Counted from the first letter of the stretch, positions 36,332 to 46,190 are shown. The stretch is 52,526 nucleotides of DNA from a virus (IMGVR_UViG_3300048995_000012:1-52526), one strand, 5' to 3'. Made by a program: numbers and translations. Notes: generated by a model from the letters alone, not told the origin.

Positions 36332-37797
36332 CGATCTCCTATGTGTCCGCCGGCGCGCTCGCGCAGCACACAGACACCGTCACCCCTGCCCTCCCCGTCG
36401 GCGCGACGGCCGGCCAGCTCGCCATACTGCAGGTCGTCTCAGGCCATCCCAGCGACTCGGTGCCGTCCGTGCCGTCGGGGTGGTCGCTCGGCGGCACATT
36501 CTCCGGCGGGGGCGGCAGCTTCGCCCTGAACGCCGGACCTCGCAGGCTGACATTCTTCCTGCGGGTCCTCACAGGCGGGGACGCCGCGCCCACCACGGCG
36601 ATCCCGGCAGGTGGGTCCGGTTCCCTCATCGGCGCCCGCGTCTTCACCTTGGCGCGCACGGCGGGCACCGGCTGGCGGTGGGCGGTCTCCTTCGGGGAGG
36701 ACGCCACCAGCGGAACCGCCTTCTCCGCCACCGGTTCCACAGCACTGACGTGGACTGTGGGCGACTTCTGTGCGCTCGGCTACGCGTGGAACACGCAGAC
36801 CGCGTCCACGTCGGCCCGCGCCATGACGGCGACCGGAATCACCTTCAACGCGGCGACCTCCCACCTGGGCGACGCCATCACCAGCGGCAACGGCGGACGG
36901 CTGACCATGGCCGACGAATCCGTCACCGCCGGATCCGGCACCCAGGCACCCACCCTCACAGCAACCCTGTCGGCGGCGGCCACCGGAGTCGCCGGGGCCG
37001 TGCGGGTACGCGAGGCGTCCAGCGACGTCAACGCCGTCGCCCAGTCCGTGTTCCCGCCGCGCAACCTCGTGTCGGCGACGGGCCTGACGGGCGATGACAT
37101 CACCACCGTCACCCTTTACCGGCAGGCCGGCACCGACCTCACCGCGGTCCGCGCGGCCAGCGGAATCAACGTCACCGGGCAGAGCAGTTTCCTGCGGGTG
37201 GACGCCGAGCAGCCGTTCGGCATCAGCCTCAACTACGCGGCCGTCCTCACCGACGTCAACGGCAACCAGTGGACCGTCTTCTCAGGCCCGATCACCTCAA
37301 CGGTCAGCAGCGACGTCATCTCGGATGCGATCCGCGGCGTCGGAGCCGCCGTGAGAACCGAATCCCCGCTCGGATGGAAACGGGACCGGGACGCCACCCA
37401 GTTCAACGTCAGCGGCCGCATCGTCGTCGTAGGCAAGCCGCGCTCCGCCCGCTCCGGCACCATCACCGTCCGGACCGAGACCGACGAGGACGGTGATGCG
37501 CTGAACAGCGTCCTCGACAACGCGACCGAGGGCACGATCCTCATTCGCAAGCAGACCAGCATCAGCCGCCTCGACGGCACGTATGCACTGCTCGACGACA
37601 GCGAGGACCCGAACTGGTACGACGAGTTCAGGTGGTTCGCATTGTCCGTCGTCAAGGGTGACGACTGGCCCGACGCCATGGAAGCGGCAGGCTTCACGCT
37701 GCAGGACATCGCGAACAACTTCTCGATCCTCAGCGACATTGCTGCGTTCTTCCCCGGCACGCTTTTGGACATTGCCCTATTTGATTTCGGGCCCTGA
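36328..37797 (+). CDS. Minor tail protein (distal-tail-like, extra N-terminal domain)
   Basis: Follows tape measure; VDAEQPFG, GRIVVVG.PRS..SG. Confidence 0.75.
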   Translation: MTISYVSAGALAQHTDTVTPALPVGATAGQLAILQVVSGHPSDSVPSVPSGWSLGGTFSGGGGSFALNAGPRRLTFFLRVLTGGDAAPTTAIPAGGSGSLIGARVFTLARTAGTGWRWAVSFGEDATSGTAFSATGSTALTWTVGDFCALGYAWNTQTASTSARAMTATGITFNAATSHLGDAITSGNGGRLTMADESVTAGSGTQAPTLTATLSAAATGVAGAVRVREASSDVNAVAQSVFPPRNLVSATGLTGDDITTVTLYRQAGTDLTAVRAASGINVTGQSSFLRVDAEQPFGISLNYAAVLTDVNGNQWTVFSGPITSTVSSDVISDAIRGVGAAVRTESPLGWKRDRDATQFNVSGRIVVVGKPRSARSGTITVRTETDEDGDALNSVLDNATEGTILIRKQTSISRLDGTYALLDDSEDPNWYDEFRWFALSVVKGDDWPDAMEAAGFTLQDIANNFSILSDIAAFFPGTLLDIALFDFGP

Positions 37798-37798
37798 C

Positions 37799-38884
37799 GT
37801 GCTGGACATGTCAGCCACCGCGAGCGCGGTCGTACAGGGCAGCTACACCATGGATGTGCGGGCCGAGTCCTGGCTCGACGGGCAGCTCATCGCCGACAAC
37901 ATCCCCATCGCGGATGGCAGCGAGAACCGCGACCGCTCCCTCGCCGTCCCCGAACAGATCTCCCTGACCGTGCCCCGGCGTGACCGCGGCTTCGACTGGG
38001 ACCCCGGCACCGACCCCGAACACCCCCTCGCCGCCTACGGACAGACGCTCCGCATCGACTACGGCGTCGACGTCGGCGGACAGTTCGAATGGATCAACCG
38101 CGGCTGGTTCCTCATCACCGAAAGCTCCACCGATGGCGACACCGTCTCCGTCAACTGCCAGGGACTCCTCACCCTCATCGACGAAGCCAAGCTCGTCAGC
38201 CCGTTCCAGCCGTCCAGCACCGACACCCTCGGCACAGTCATCCGCGGCCTCATCGAACCCGCCCTCACCGTCAGCTTCGACGGCGCCCTCACCGACCGGG
38301 CCGTGCCCCTCGGCCTGCAATGGGACAGCGACCGCCTCGCCGCCGTCACCGAAGTCCTCGACGCGTGGGCCGCGGAAGCGAGCGTCACCGAGGACGGCTA
38401 CCTGTTCGTCGAGCCCGTCTCCGACGCCGGAACCCCCGTCCTGTCCATCACGGACGATGCGACCACGGGCACTGTCGTCCGCTGGCAGGGCGCCACATCA
38501 CGAGACGGCGCCTTCAACGTCGTCGTCGCCCAAGGCGAAGACGCATCCGGCAACCAGATCCAGGGTGTCGCCTACGACGCCATCGGCAACAGCCCCTACC
38601 GGTACAGCGGCCCCTTCAACCCGCTGCCCGTCCCCTACCCGTACCAGTCGAGCCTGCTGACCACGGTCGCGCAGTGCCGCAAGGCCGCCGCCGCCCAGAT
38701 GAAACTGCTGCGCCGCCAAGCCTTCCGCAAGCTCGTCGTCACGATGGTGCCGCACCCAGGCCTCGTGACCGGCGACATCGTGTCCGTGACCGGCGCAGGC
38801 CTCACGAACGCGCCGTGCGTCATCGAATCCCTGTCGCTGCCCTACTCGCCCGGCGAGCAGAGCCTGACCGTGAGGGTGCTCTAG
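37799..38884 (+). CDS. Minor tail/baseplate hub protein (DUF5047-like)
   Basis: PLAAYGQ.LRI, G.F.IT, FNVVVAQGE, PHPGL..GD.V. Confidence 0.8.
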   Translation: MLDMSATASAVVQGSYTMDVRAESWLDGQLIADNIPIADGSENRDRSLAVPEQISLTVPRRDRGFDWDPGTDPEHPLAAYGQTLRIDYGVDVGGQFEWINRGWFLITESSTDGDTVSVNCQGLLTLIDEAKLVSPFQPSSTDTLGTVIRGLIEPALTVSFDGALTDRAVPLGLQWDSDRLAAVTEVLDAWAAEASVTEDGYLFVEPVSDAGTPVLSITDDATTGTVVRWQGATSRDGAFNVVVAQGEDASGNQIQGVAYDAIGNSPYRYSGPFNPLPVPYPYQSSLLTTVAQCRKAAAAQMKLLRRQAFRKLVVTMVPHPGLVTGDIVSVTGAGLTNAPCVIESLSLPYSPGEQSLTVRVL

Positions 38885-39700
38885 ATGGCGGACTTCGCTG
38901 ACACCCGCGTCTCCTTCGCAGGCAAAGGCGTGCTGCGCGGGCTGGCGCAAACCGTGCCCTCCGGCGGCGCCTGCCTGGTGAATGTCGGCGGCATCAACGT
39001 GACCGCACGTGTTGCCACCGGCCTCACGATCGCAGTGGGGAACATCCTGCTCGTGGCCCGGCTGGGCAGCCTCTACTACGTCATCAACGTCATCCCGGCG
39101 GCCCCAGTCGTAGCGCCGCCACCCCCGCCACCCCCCGACAGCACGCAGCCGGACCCCGGCGATCCGCCGCCACCGCCGAAACCGGTGACCACCACGGGAA
39201 CGCTGACGTGCGTACCCGTGTCGACGGCCGACTACCGCGACGGCTCCTGGCGCTCCGACGGCGACCCGACGAACAGCTTCGACCTCTTCCAGGGCCGCTA
39301 CGGCGGATCGTCCTACGGCCGCAACACCGGGTGCGCCTTCTACGGCGGTAAGCCGCACACCCTGAACGGCGCCACCTGCACGAAGGCGACGGTGAAGATC
39401 AAGCGACTGTCGGCGGGCGACTTCTCGTCCCGGTCGGCGACCCTGCGGCTCGTCTCCCAGACCAGCCGCCCGGGCGGGGCACCCACCCTCAACGAATCCA
39501 CCAGCGGTCCGAGCCTCACGATCGGCTCCAGCAGCACCTTCATCCTGCCCACCTCCTGGGGCCAGGCACTGATCGACGGCACCCGCGGAGGCATCGCCAT
39601 CAGCATCGGCAGCGACGACCCGTACATCCAGCTCGCAGGCCGCGGCTCCTGGTCCGCCGCCATGACCCTCACCATCTCCTGGAGGCGAACCTCGTCATGA
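38885..39700 (+). CDS. Minor tail protein
   Basis: OB-like N-terminus, Pro linker, QG.YGG...NTGCAFYG. Confidence 0.75.
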   Translation: MADFADTRVSFAGKGVLRGLAQTVPSGGACLVNVGGINVTARVATGLTIAVGNILLVARLGSLYYVINVIPAAPVVAPPPPPPPDSTQPDPGDPPPPPKPVTTTGTLTCVPVSTADYRDGSWRSDGDPTNSFDLFQGRYGGSSYGRNTGCAFYGGKPHTLNGATCTKATVKIKRLSAGDFSSRSATLRLVSQTSRPGGAPTLNESTSGPSLTIGSSSTFILPTSWGQALIDGTRGGIAISIGSDDPYIQLAGRGSWSAAMTLTISWRRTSS

Positions 39701-40455
39701 CAGCGAACACCTCCAAGGGCATCACCTATCCCCAGTCCACGGACCACACCCGGCTGTGGGAGCACTTCCAGACCCTCGCCACGACCGCCGACGGCGTCAT
39801 CTTCGGCAATATCGACCGACAGGTCTTCACCAGCTCCGGTACCTGGACGCGCCCGGCGGGGGCGATCCGCGTCTTCGTGCAGGTCCAGGCTGCTGGCGGA
39901 GGTTCCGGGGGTGTCGCCTCGACCGGCGCCGGCCAAGCATCCTGCGCTCCAGGTGCCTCCGGCGGCGAGTACGCCGAAGGCTGGCTCACGCCCGCGACTG
40001 CGGGCGCCAGCGTCGCCGTCACCGTAGGCGCCGGAGGAACACCCGGATCGGCTGGCGCCAACGCCGGTGGCGATGGCGGGGGATCCTCTTTCGGCGCGCT
40101 CATCACCTGCACCGGCGGCACCGGCTCTGCTGGCGGCATCGCCTCGGCCGCCACCTCGATCGGTGCACCCAACGGCGGTACCGGCGGCACCGGCGGAGAC
40201 TTCCGGATCGCCGGCGGCGACGGGGGAAACGGGCAGGTCATCGGTCAGGTTCCCGTGAAGTACAACAACGGCGGCTACGCATACATGGGCGGCGCTCGCC
40301 GCGCCAGCGGTGTCGCAGCCACCACAACAACGGGCTTCAACGGCTACCCCTACGGCGGTGGAGCATCCGGCCCCGCCAACGGCGCCACCCAGCCCGCCGT
40401 CGCAGGCAGCACAGGTGCGGCCGGGATCGTCATCGTCACCACCTACACCGCTTAG
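39697..40455 (+). CDS. Glycine-rich tail fibre protein
   Basis: FTSSGTWTRPAGA..VFV.V.AAGGGSGG...G..GIVIV. Confidence 0.82.
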   Translation: MTANTSKGITYPQSTDHTRLWEHFQTLATTADGVIFGNIDRQVFTSSGTWTRPAGAIRVFVQVQAAGGGSGGVASTGAGQASCAPGASGGEYAEGWLTPATAGASVAVTVGAGGTPGSAGANAGGDGGGSSFGALITCTGGTGSAGGIASAATSIGAPNGGTGGTGGDFRIAGGDGGNGQVIGQVPVKYNNGGYAYMGGARRASGVAATTTTGFNGYPYGGGASGPANGATQPAVAGSTGAAGIVIVTTYTA

Positions 40456-40462
40456 GAGCAGC

Positions 40463-40702
40463 ATGCCCCTCGACCCGCCCGAGACGTCGACGAGTGACAC
40501 CACGTGGTTCGTCAACGGCCGCTACAGCGCCAACTCGGTCACGAGCTTCCAGGTGAAGGTCACCGTCGAAGGTCCGTCCCAGGAAGCCGAGGGCGACGCC
40601 TGCCTTCAGGCCCTCGTCGACCTGCTCGGCACCCGGTTCGCCGGAGTCACCGGCACCAAGGGCTTCACGGCGTACACCACCCGGAACATGACCACATCCT
40701 GA
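40463..40702 (+). CDS. Small hypothetical protein
   Basis: AGGAG RBS. Confidence 0.65.
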   Translation: MPLDPPETSTSDTTWFVNGRYSANSVTSFQVKVTVEGPSQEAEGDACLQALVDLLGTRFAGVTGTKGFTAYTTRNMTTS

Positions 40703-40721
40703 CGTCCCACGCATCCCCAAC

Positions 40722-40745
40722 GCCTCGCCCGCCGGGGCCTTTTTT
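40722..40745 (+). terminator. Terminator-like hairpin before lysis genes
   Basis: GCCTCG/CGGGGC stem plus T6. Confidence 0.6.
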
Positions 40746-40764
40746 ATGCCCGAGGAGCCCGACG

Positions 40765-41673
40765 ATGATCCACGGAATCGATGTTTCGGCCTACCAGCCG
40801 GAGACGTACAGCACGGCGGGCCTGGACTTCGTGATCGTGAAGGCCACCGAGGGCCTCTCGTACACCAACCCGCGGATGGCCGCGCAGGCCAAACGGGCAC
40901 GTGACGCCGGGCTCGTCATCGGCTACTACCACTACCCCCACATGGCCAACGACCCCGTCGCCGAGGCGAACTACTTCCTGTCCAAGGTTGCCTGGCGGCC
41001 GGGGGACATCATCGTCTTCGACTGGGAGGGCTACGACGCCGCCAACAAAGGCGTCAGCAAGTCCAGGCAGCTCACCTACCGCGACGCCTGGCTGAAGTAC
41101 GTCAAAGGCAAGATGGCCGGCCACCGGGTCGGCATGTACTCCAACACCGACTACTGGCTGAACGTCGACAAGACGTCCAACTGCGGCGACTTCCTCTGGA
41201 TCGCCACCGGCGGCAAGCCGGCCGGGCAGCCCGGCATCAACTACGCCTGGAGGTTCCACCAGTACTCCACTGCTGGCGGCATCGACCACGACGTCGCCGC
41301 ATTCGATTCCCGCGCCGCACTGGCCGCGTGGGCAGGCAGCATCCAGGAGACAGACGTGGCCCTGACCACCGCAGAAATCGGCAAGATCGCCGACGCCGTG
41401 TACGCGAAGCTCCTCAAGACCGACGACGTGCTGACCGCACCTGCGGACGCAGCCGACTACGCGACGAACAAGTTCTGGACGTGGCAGACCCACATCCAGG
41501 ACGTCACCACCCGCGTGCGTGCCCTCGGCAAGAAGGTCGACGCACTGCCCGCCGTCGAGCTGACCGACCAGCAGATCGCCACGCTCGCCTCCACCGTCGC
41601 CGCCAACCCGGCGCTCGCCGAGCAGATCGCAGAGAAGGTCGCCGTCAAGCTCGCCGCGAGGCTCGCTCAGTGA
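40765..41673 (+). CDS. Endolysin, GH25 muramidase
   Basis: GIDVSAYQ, VKATEG, G.YHY, FDWE, LWIA, FHQY, IDHD. Confidence 0.93.
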   Translation: MIHGIDVSAYQPETYSTAGLDFVIVKATEGLSYTNPRMAAQAKRARDAGLVIGYYHYPHMANDPVAEANYFLSKVAWRPGDIIVFDWEGYDAANKGVSKSRQLTYRDAWLKYVKGKMAGHRVGMYSNTDYWLNVDKTSNCGDFLWIATGGKPAGQPGINYAWRFHQYSTAGGIDHDVAAFDSRAALAAWAGSIQETDVALTTAEIGKIADAVYAKLLKTDDVLTAPADAADYATNKFWTWQTHIQDVTTRVRALGKKVDALPAVELTDQQIATLASTVAANPALAEQIAEKVAVKLAARLAQ

Positions 41674-41743
41674 CCGCGATCGCCCACGCCCGCCACAACC
41701 AGACCGTCCGGCGCTGGCTCGCCGAACAGGAAGCGAGAACCTC

Positions 41744-42127
41744 ATGAAGTACTTCGGACGCGAGCCCGTCTACATCCTCGGCTTCATCGCCGCCCTCCTG
41801 CAGGCTCTGTCTGCGTTCGGCGTCGACCTGTCCGCCGACACGCAAACCCTCATCAACGCCGTGTCGGCCGCCGCAGTCGGGCTCATCACGGCGATCGTTC
41901 TGAAGAACGGCGCGCTCGCCGCCGCCATCGTCCAGTTCGCGCAGGCTGTCATGGCGCTCTGCGTCGGCTTCGGGCTCGACTGGTCCGCCGACGACCAGTC
42001 CAAGGTCATGGCCGCCATCGGCGCGCTCGTCACCCTGTGGCTGCGGGAGAAGGTCACCGCGCCCGTGCCTTCCGTGCCGCTGGAGCAGTCGAGCCCGGTT
42101 AAGCCGTCCGCGCCGCGGAGCGTGTAG
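41744..42127 (+). CDS. Holin
   Basis: FGREPV start, four hydrophobic segments, follows endolysin. Confidence 0.8.
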   Translation: MKYFGREPVYILGFIAALLQALSAFGVDLSADTQTLINAVSAAAVGLITAIVLKNGALAAAIVQFAQAVMALCVGFGLDWSADDQSKVMAAIGALVTLWLREKVTAPVPSVPLEQSSPVKPSAPRSV

Positions 42128-42553
42128 GTGCCGCGCCGTATCATCCGGCGGCTCAGCAAACGGCTCGGCCGCCGGGGCGCGATCCTCCTCTGCTACGGCG
42201 TGGTGTGGGCGATCATCGGCTACGGGCAGATCACCGCCCCGGCACCGGATCTGCGCGGGCTGCGGCTGCTACTGCAGATGATGCCGCTCTACGCGTGGGG
42301 CTGGATCTGGGTGGTGTCCGGGCTCATCGCGATCGTCTCGGCATGGCTGCCGCCGGAGAAGGACTGGCCGGGGTTTCTGGCGCTGCCGCTGATGGTGCTG
42401 CCGTGGACTGTGTCGTATCTCCTCGCCTGGATTCTCGGGGACTATCCGCGGGGATGGCTGGCGGCGGTGGTGTGGGGGGCCATCGCCGCACCGGTACTGG
42501 TTGTCGCCGGATGGCGGGAACCGCCCCGGCCCAAGAGAGTTGAGAGCTACTGA
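42128..42553 (+). CDS. Membrane protein of lysis cassette
   Basis: LGRRGA plus four TM segments. Confidence 0.75.
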   Translation: MPRRIIRRLSKRLGRRGAILLCYGVVWAIIGYGQITAPAPDLRGLRLLLQMMPLYAWGWIWVVSGLIAIVSAWLPPEKDWPGFLALPLMVLPWTVSYLLAWILGDYPRGWLAAVVWGAIAAPVLVVAGWREPPRPKRVESY

Positions 42554-42906
42554 TGGGCGTGGACACCTGGATTCAGGCCGGGCTGGCACTGATAGGCACG
42601 GGGGGCGGCGTGGTGGCCGCCCGCTCGGCGCGGCGCACCAAGCGCCAGGAGAACCGCGACGATTTCCTCGCAGTCACGACCCAGCAGGGCAAGGCGATCG
42701 AGCGCCTCGAGAAGCGGGTCGAACGCCAGGAGAGCGAAGCCGAGAAGCAGCGGGAGCGGATCGGCGAGCAGGACGAGGCGATCGGCTGGCTCCTGCATCG
42801 GGTCCGGTCGCTGGTCTCGCATATCAAGAAGGCCGGCATGGAGCCGCCCGCGGCCGAGCCGATGACGGAGGCCGCAGCACGATACCTCCGCAACGTCGAC
42901 GCGTGA
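42553..42906 (+). CDS. Membrane-anchored coiled-coil protein of lysis cassette
   Basis: N-terminal TM then heptad region. Confidence 0.75.
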   Translation: MGVDTWIQAGLALIGTGGGVVAARSARRTKRQENRDDFLAVTTQQGKAIERLEKRVERQESEAEKQRERIGEQDEAIGWLLHRVRSLVSHIKKAGMEPPAAEPMTEAAARYLRNVDA

Positions 42907-43212
42907 GAACTGGAGTGCGACCGGTGGACGATGAAGCCCCGCCCCCGTTCTGGCTGTCGCCGCGCCCGTTCCTCGAACCCGACTGGCCACCCGACGACGA
43001 GACCGAGTGAACAACGCCCCCGTACCGCTCGCCCAAGTGGTGAGTGATACGGGGGCGGTTCTGTCATGCTGGGGGTACGGCAAGACACGCACGCCGGAGC
43101 CGGACGCGGCCAAGGTCTCTCGGGGCCCGTGTAGGAAGTCGCAGGCAACTGGGACAACCGAGGCGGTACGCGCCGCCCGAGCCGTAAGGCCAAGGGTCAC
43201 AGACTCCGCGAA

Positions 43213-43246
43213 GAAGCCCCGCTCTCCTCCGGGAGGGCGGGGCTTC
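43213..43246. terminator. Terminator hairpin
   Basis: GAAGCCCCGCTCTCC/GGAGGGCGGGGCTTC. Confidence 0.7.
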
Positions 43247-43281
43247 GCCTTGCCTGGAGGCCGCCACCTGTGGCGATGCGC

Positions 43282-43415
43282 TGTTCATCAATCGGTCGGA
43301 ACGTGAACCTGAACATCGATCATGGTCAACTCGCTGTTCAGCAAGTCCAGTTGTTCAGAAACTCGTTCATCAACCTGGTAGTGTTCAGAATGCCAACCGA
43401 TACGTTTGATGAACG
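43282..43415. other. res-like site upstream of resolvase
   Basis: YGTTCA half-sites at 43282, 43335, 43352, 43364, 43382 and inverted TGAACR at 43310, 43410. Confidence 0.7.
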
Positions 43416-43429
43416 AAAGGGGGATGTGG

Positions 43430-44047
43430 ATGGCCCTAGTTGGCCTCGTCCGCGTCAGCACCGACAAGCAGAACGTCCAGCGACAACACGACGCACTCGA
43501 CCCGATCTGCCTGAAGGTCTTCGAGGAGAAGATCAGCGGCAAGCTCGCCACCGAAGAACGCCCCGCCCTCACCGCCGCCATCGAGTACCTCCGCGAAGGC
43601 GACATGCTCTGCGTTCAGGAAGTCGACCGCCTCGGTCGCAACCTCCTCGAAGGCCTGATCGTCCTCAACGACCTCTTCGAGCGCGGCATCTCCGTCAAGG
43701 TGCTGGAAGGCATCGCAGCCGGCGAGCACAAGGAGCGCTCCCTGATCCTCGACCTCGCCCTGGCCCTCGCCGAAGACCGGCGCCGGGACATCGTCAAGAA
43801 GACGAAGGACGGGCTCGAAGCCGCCCGCAAGCGGGGACGCGTCGGCGGACGCAAGCCCGTGATGACGGAGGCCCTCACCATTCAGGCCGCTGCCCTGCGG
43901 GAGCGAGGCTTCACCATCCGGCAGATCCAGCCGCACCTCCGGATCGCCGAAGGTGCGAACAAGGGGAAGAACCCCAGCGTTGGCGCCATCTCCCAAGCGC
44001 TCCAGCTCCACGATGCAAGCCTCGCGACCGCGGGGGAGGCCTCGTGA
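43430..44047 (+). CDS. Serine resolvase/invertase
   Basis: RVSTDKQ, F.EKISG, RPAL, DRLGRN, GLEAAR.RGR.GGRKP, C-terminal HTH. Confidence 0.93.
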   Translation: MALVGLVRVSTDKQNVQRQHDALDPICLKVFEEKISGKLATEERPALTAAIEYLREGDMLCVQEVDRLGRNLLEGLIVLNDLFERGISVKVLEGIAAGEHKERSLILDLALALAEDRRRDIVKKTKDGLEAARKRGRVGGRKPVMTEALTIQAAALRERGFTIRQIQPHLRIAEGANKGKNPSVGAISQALQLHDASLATAGEAS

Positions 44048-44373
44048 CGCTCGACATCCGCATCACCGACGACCCGCACCACTTCGACCTCTACGACGCC
44101 GACGACAAGATCGGTGAGATCCTTTGCGACCCGCCAGACGCAGACGACCCCACGGACATCTACCCGCCGTACTGGTCGGCCGAGCTCTGGAGTCAGATGG
44201 GCACCGGCAAGGAGTGGAGTGCGACCGGCGAGTCCTTTGACGAGGTGAAGCGGTACGCGCACGAGTTGTACGAGCAGTTCGCCGCCGAGCGGCGCGATCT
44301 AAGTAAGGGCTCCCGCATCTGGACGACGGGCAGCGTTCCGATGGGCGGCAAGCCGGGATGGAGGCGGCGCTAG
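44044..44373 (+). CDS. Hypothetical acidic protein
   Basis: GTGA-coupled to resolvase. Confidence 0.7.
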   Translation: MTLDIRITDDPHHFDLYDADDKIGEILCDPPDADDPTDIYPPYWSAELWSQMGTGKEWSATGESFDEVKRYAHELYEQFAAERRDLSKGSRIWTTGSVPMGGKPGWRRR

Positions 44374-44399
44374 CTGCGGGCCCCCGCTTGCACCAAAAA

Positions 44400-44415
44400 T
44401 CGAACACGCGCTCTA
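44400..44415. promoter_or_regulatory. SOS-box-like site
   Basis: TCGAAC-ACGC-GCTCTA versus actinobacterial TCGAAC-N4-GTTCGA (2 mismatches). Confidence 0.5.
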
Positions 44416-44423
44416 ATCAGGTT

Positions 44424-44648
44424 ATGGCCAGACACAAGCTCGACTACCTCACCGACACCCAGGAACGCATCCTCCGCTGCATCCGCGAGTCCATCGTGGA
44501 CCGCGGCGAAGCCCCAACGGTGGTGGAAATCGGCAAGGCGGTCGGACTGTCCAGCCGCTCATCGGTCCACTATCAGCTGCGGGAGATCGAGGCGAAGGGC
44601 GCCATCGTCGTGGAGCCCGGCCGGCCCCGCGGGATCCGGATCGCGTGA
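44424..44648 (+). CDS. LexA DNA-binding-domain-only protein
   Basis: LTDTQERIL..IRESI.DRG..PTVVEIGKAVGLSS.SSVHYQL..IE.KG...PGRPRGI; no peptidase domain. Confidence 0.88.
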   Translation: MARHKLDYLTDTQERILRCIRESIVDRGEAPTVVEIGKAVGLSSRSSVHYQLREIEAKGAIVVEPGRPRGIRIA

Positions 44649-44851
44649 TGCAGGCAGACCCGCAGCGCTACCACCTCACCCTGTACACGGGCGCCCGGCC
44701 CGTCATGCACGGCTGGTGGGCCGACCTGCCGACCGCCGAGGACAAGTTCCGCCGCTGGATCGGCGAGCACGGCAGCGTGGCCGGCGCCCGCGTCACCCTG
44801 ATCGACGAGGAGACGGGCACGGTGTTGACGACGTGGCCGACCGAGCCGTAG
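44648..44851 (+). CDS. Small conserved hypothetical protein
   Basis: RYHLTL...RPVMHGWW...TA..KF..WIGE. Confidence 0.7.
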   Translation: MQADPQRYHLTLYTGARPVMHGWWADLPTAEDKFRRWIGEHGSVAGARVTLIDEETGTVLTTWPTEP

Positions 44852-44871
44852 CCGTCTGCAATCCTGGCGGC

Positions 44872-45141
44872 ATGAGCCTGGACCCGCGATCCCCGTCGAT
44901 GAACCTGTGGCACCGCCTGCTCGCTGCTGGCGTGAGCGAGGACGAGGCGACGACGCTGATGCACGGATACGCGCACGAGCTGGCCGAGCGGATCCGCACC
45001 CAGTACGGCGAGCCCCGCTGGGACGCCGACGAGCCCGAGTACGCCTACGGCTATAACGCGGCGACGCACGACGCGGCCGACCTCATCGACCCGCAGGCGC
45101 AGCAGCCTCCCGTCGGCGAGTACCGCTTGTCGACCCGCTGA
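44872..45141 (+). CDS. Hypothetical protein
   Basis: YAHELAERIR...DAADLIDP motif. Confidence 0.6.
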   Translation: MSLDPRSPSMNLWHRLLAAGVSEDEATTLMHGYAHELAERIRTQYGEPRWDADEPEYAYGYNAATHDAADLIDPQAQQPPVGEYRLSTR

Positions 45142-45388
45142 CTCGACCCGGGCTCGACGTCCGCCTGCCAGACTGATCCTGCCTCCCGTCGCCAACCCCC
45201 GTCGGCGGGGGGTACCGACCGGCATCGGTGACTGGCGGCGGGCGAGGTTCCCAACTCGCCCGCCGTAACCGCGTTGCCAGTGCGTCTCGCTACGCTGGCT
45301 GGGACACATCCGCGTTGCATGGCTGCACGCGCCCGCCCCGCCCTGATGGACAGCGCCGTCCGGGCGGGGCGCTCGACTTGGAGGACCC

Positions 45389-45772
45389 GTGAGCGACGAC
45401 CTGATGCAGTTCCTGCGGGCGCGGCTGGATGAGGACGCTGCGGTGGCACGCAAGGCTGCGAGCAGGCAGCAGGGCGGCGGCGACTGGACATTCGCCGACA
45501 TGGCTGTCCGGGCAGGCGATGATGCGCCAGTCGTGAGGCATACGTGGGTTGATGAGGGCGCCCACATCGCCCGCCATGACCCGACCCGAGTCCTCGCCGA
45601 GGTCGACGCCAAGCGGGAGCTGATCGACGAGGTGCTCGGCTACGAAGCGCGGATCGACGGCGAGTGGGGCGTCGGCGGGGGCGTCTCACCCAATACGGTC
45701 CCGGCGCTTCGCCTGCTCGCCCGCCCGTTCCGCGACCACCCCGACTTCGACCCGTCCTGGCTGGAGGGCTGA
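45389..45772 (+). CDS. DUF6221-like protein
   Basis: FLRARLDED...HIARHDP.RVLAEV.AKR...LRLLA.PF.DHPDF. Confidence 0.8.
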   Translation: MSDDLMQFLRARLDEDAAVARKAASRQQGGGDWTFADMAVRAGDDAPVVRHTWVDEGAHIARHDPTRVLAEVDAKRELIDEVLGYEARIDGEWGVGGGVSPNTVPALRLLARPFRDHPDFDPSWLEG

Positions 45773-45867
45773 TGGCGCCCGTCCGTTTCCTACGCGATGC
45801 CTTCGCCCGCTGGGTCCGTGACGTCCACGACGGCTTCTGGAACGGCATGGACTGGCTCGGCTTCTAA
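45772..45867 (+). CDS. 31-aa peptide
   Basis: TGATG-coupled MAPVRFLRDAFARW... Confidence 0.4.
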   Translation: MAPVRFLRDAFARWVRDVHDGFWNGMDWLGF

Positions 45868-46043
45868 GCCGCGGTCGTCACGTCCCCGCGCTCGACCTGG
45901 CGCAGCTCGGCCAGCAGCAGCTGGTACTCGGCCCGCTGCTCATCGGTGAGCCGCGCATCCCGGTGCGTGAACAGCGCGCGGATCCGCGCGTTCAGCTCCG
46001 CAGCCGAGCGCGGAGTGCCGTCAGGCGGGGGAGTCGGGGGCAT
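45864..46043 (-). CDS. Small hypothetical protein
   Basis: RSAAELNARIRAL...L.DEQRAEY..LL.E motif. Confidence 0.65.
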   Translation of the reverse strand: MPPTPPPDGTPRSAAELNARIRALFTHRDARLTDEQRAEYQLLLAELRQVERGDVTTAA

Positions 46044-46110
46044 GACGATCAGTCTAGAGCGGGGGTACGACAGCGGGCCATGGGCTACCGGGTGGATGCA
46101 CTCGGTATTC

Positions 46111-46155
46111 TCATGCACCCCCTGCATTGACAGTCTTATGCAGGGGGTGCATGAT
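46111..46155 (+). promoter_or_regulatory. Promoter overlapped by perfect 17-bp inverted repeat
   Basis: TCATGCACCCCCTGCAT (46111-46127) / ATGCAGGGGGTGCATGA (46138-46154); TTGACA-N17-CATGAT. Confidence 0.8.
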
Positions 46156-46190
46156 GGTTTCAGGTCGAGAGCCCAGCCACCGGAGGAACC

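Noticed and set aside
38898-38905. Single CTGACACC in a tail gene
   Set aside because: An isolated copy is plausible by chance in 52 kb.
43430-44047. Tail-fibre invertase or shufflon
   Set aside because: No inverted crossover sites or alternative reversed fibre segments were seen near the tail genes.
45142-45388. Possible ncRNA in a hairpin-rich intergenic region
   Set aside because: Stems are present but no known family is recognisable, and GC content alone could account for them.
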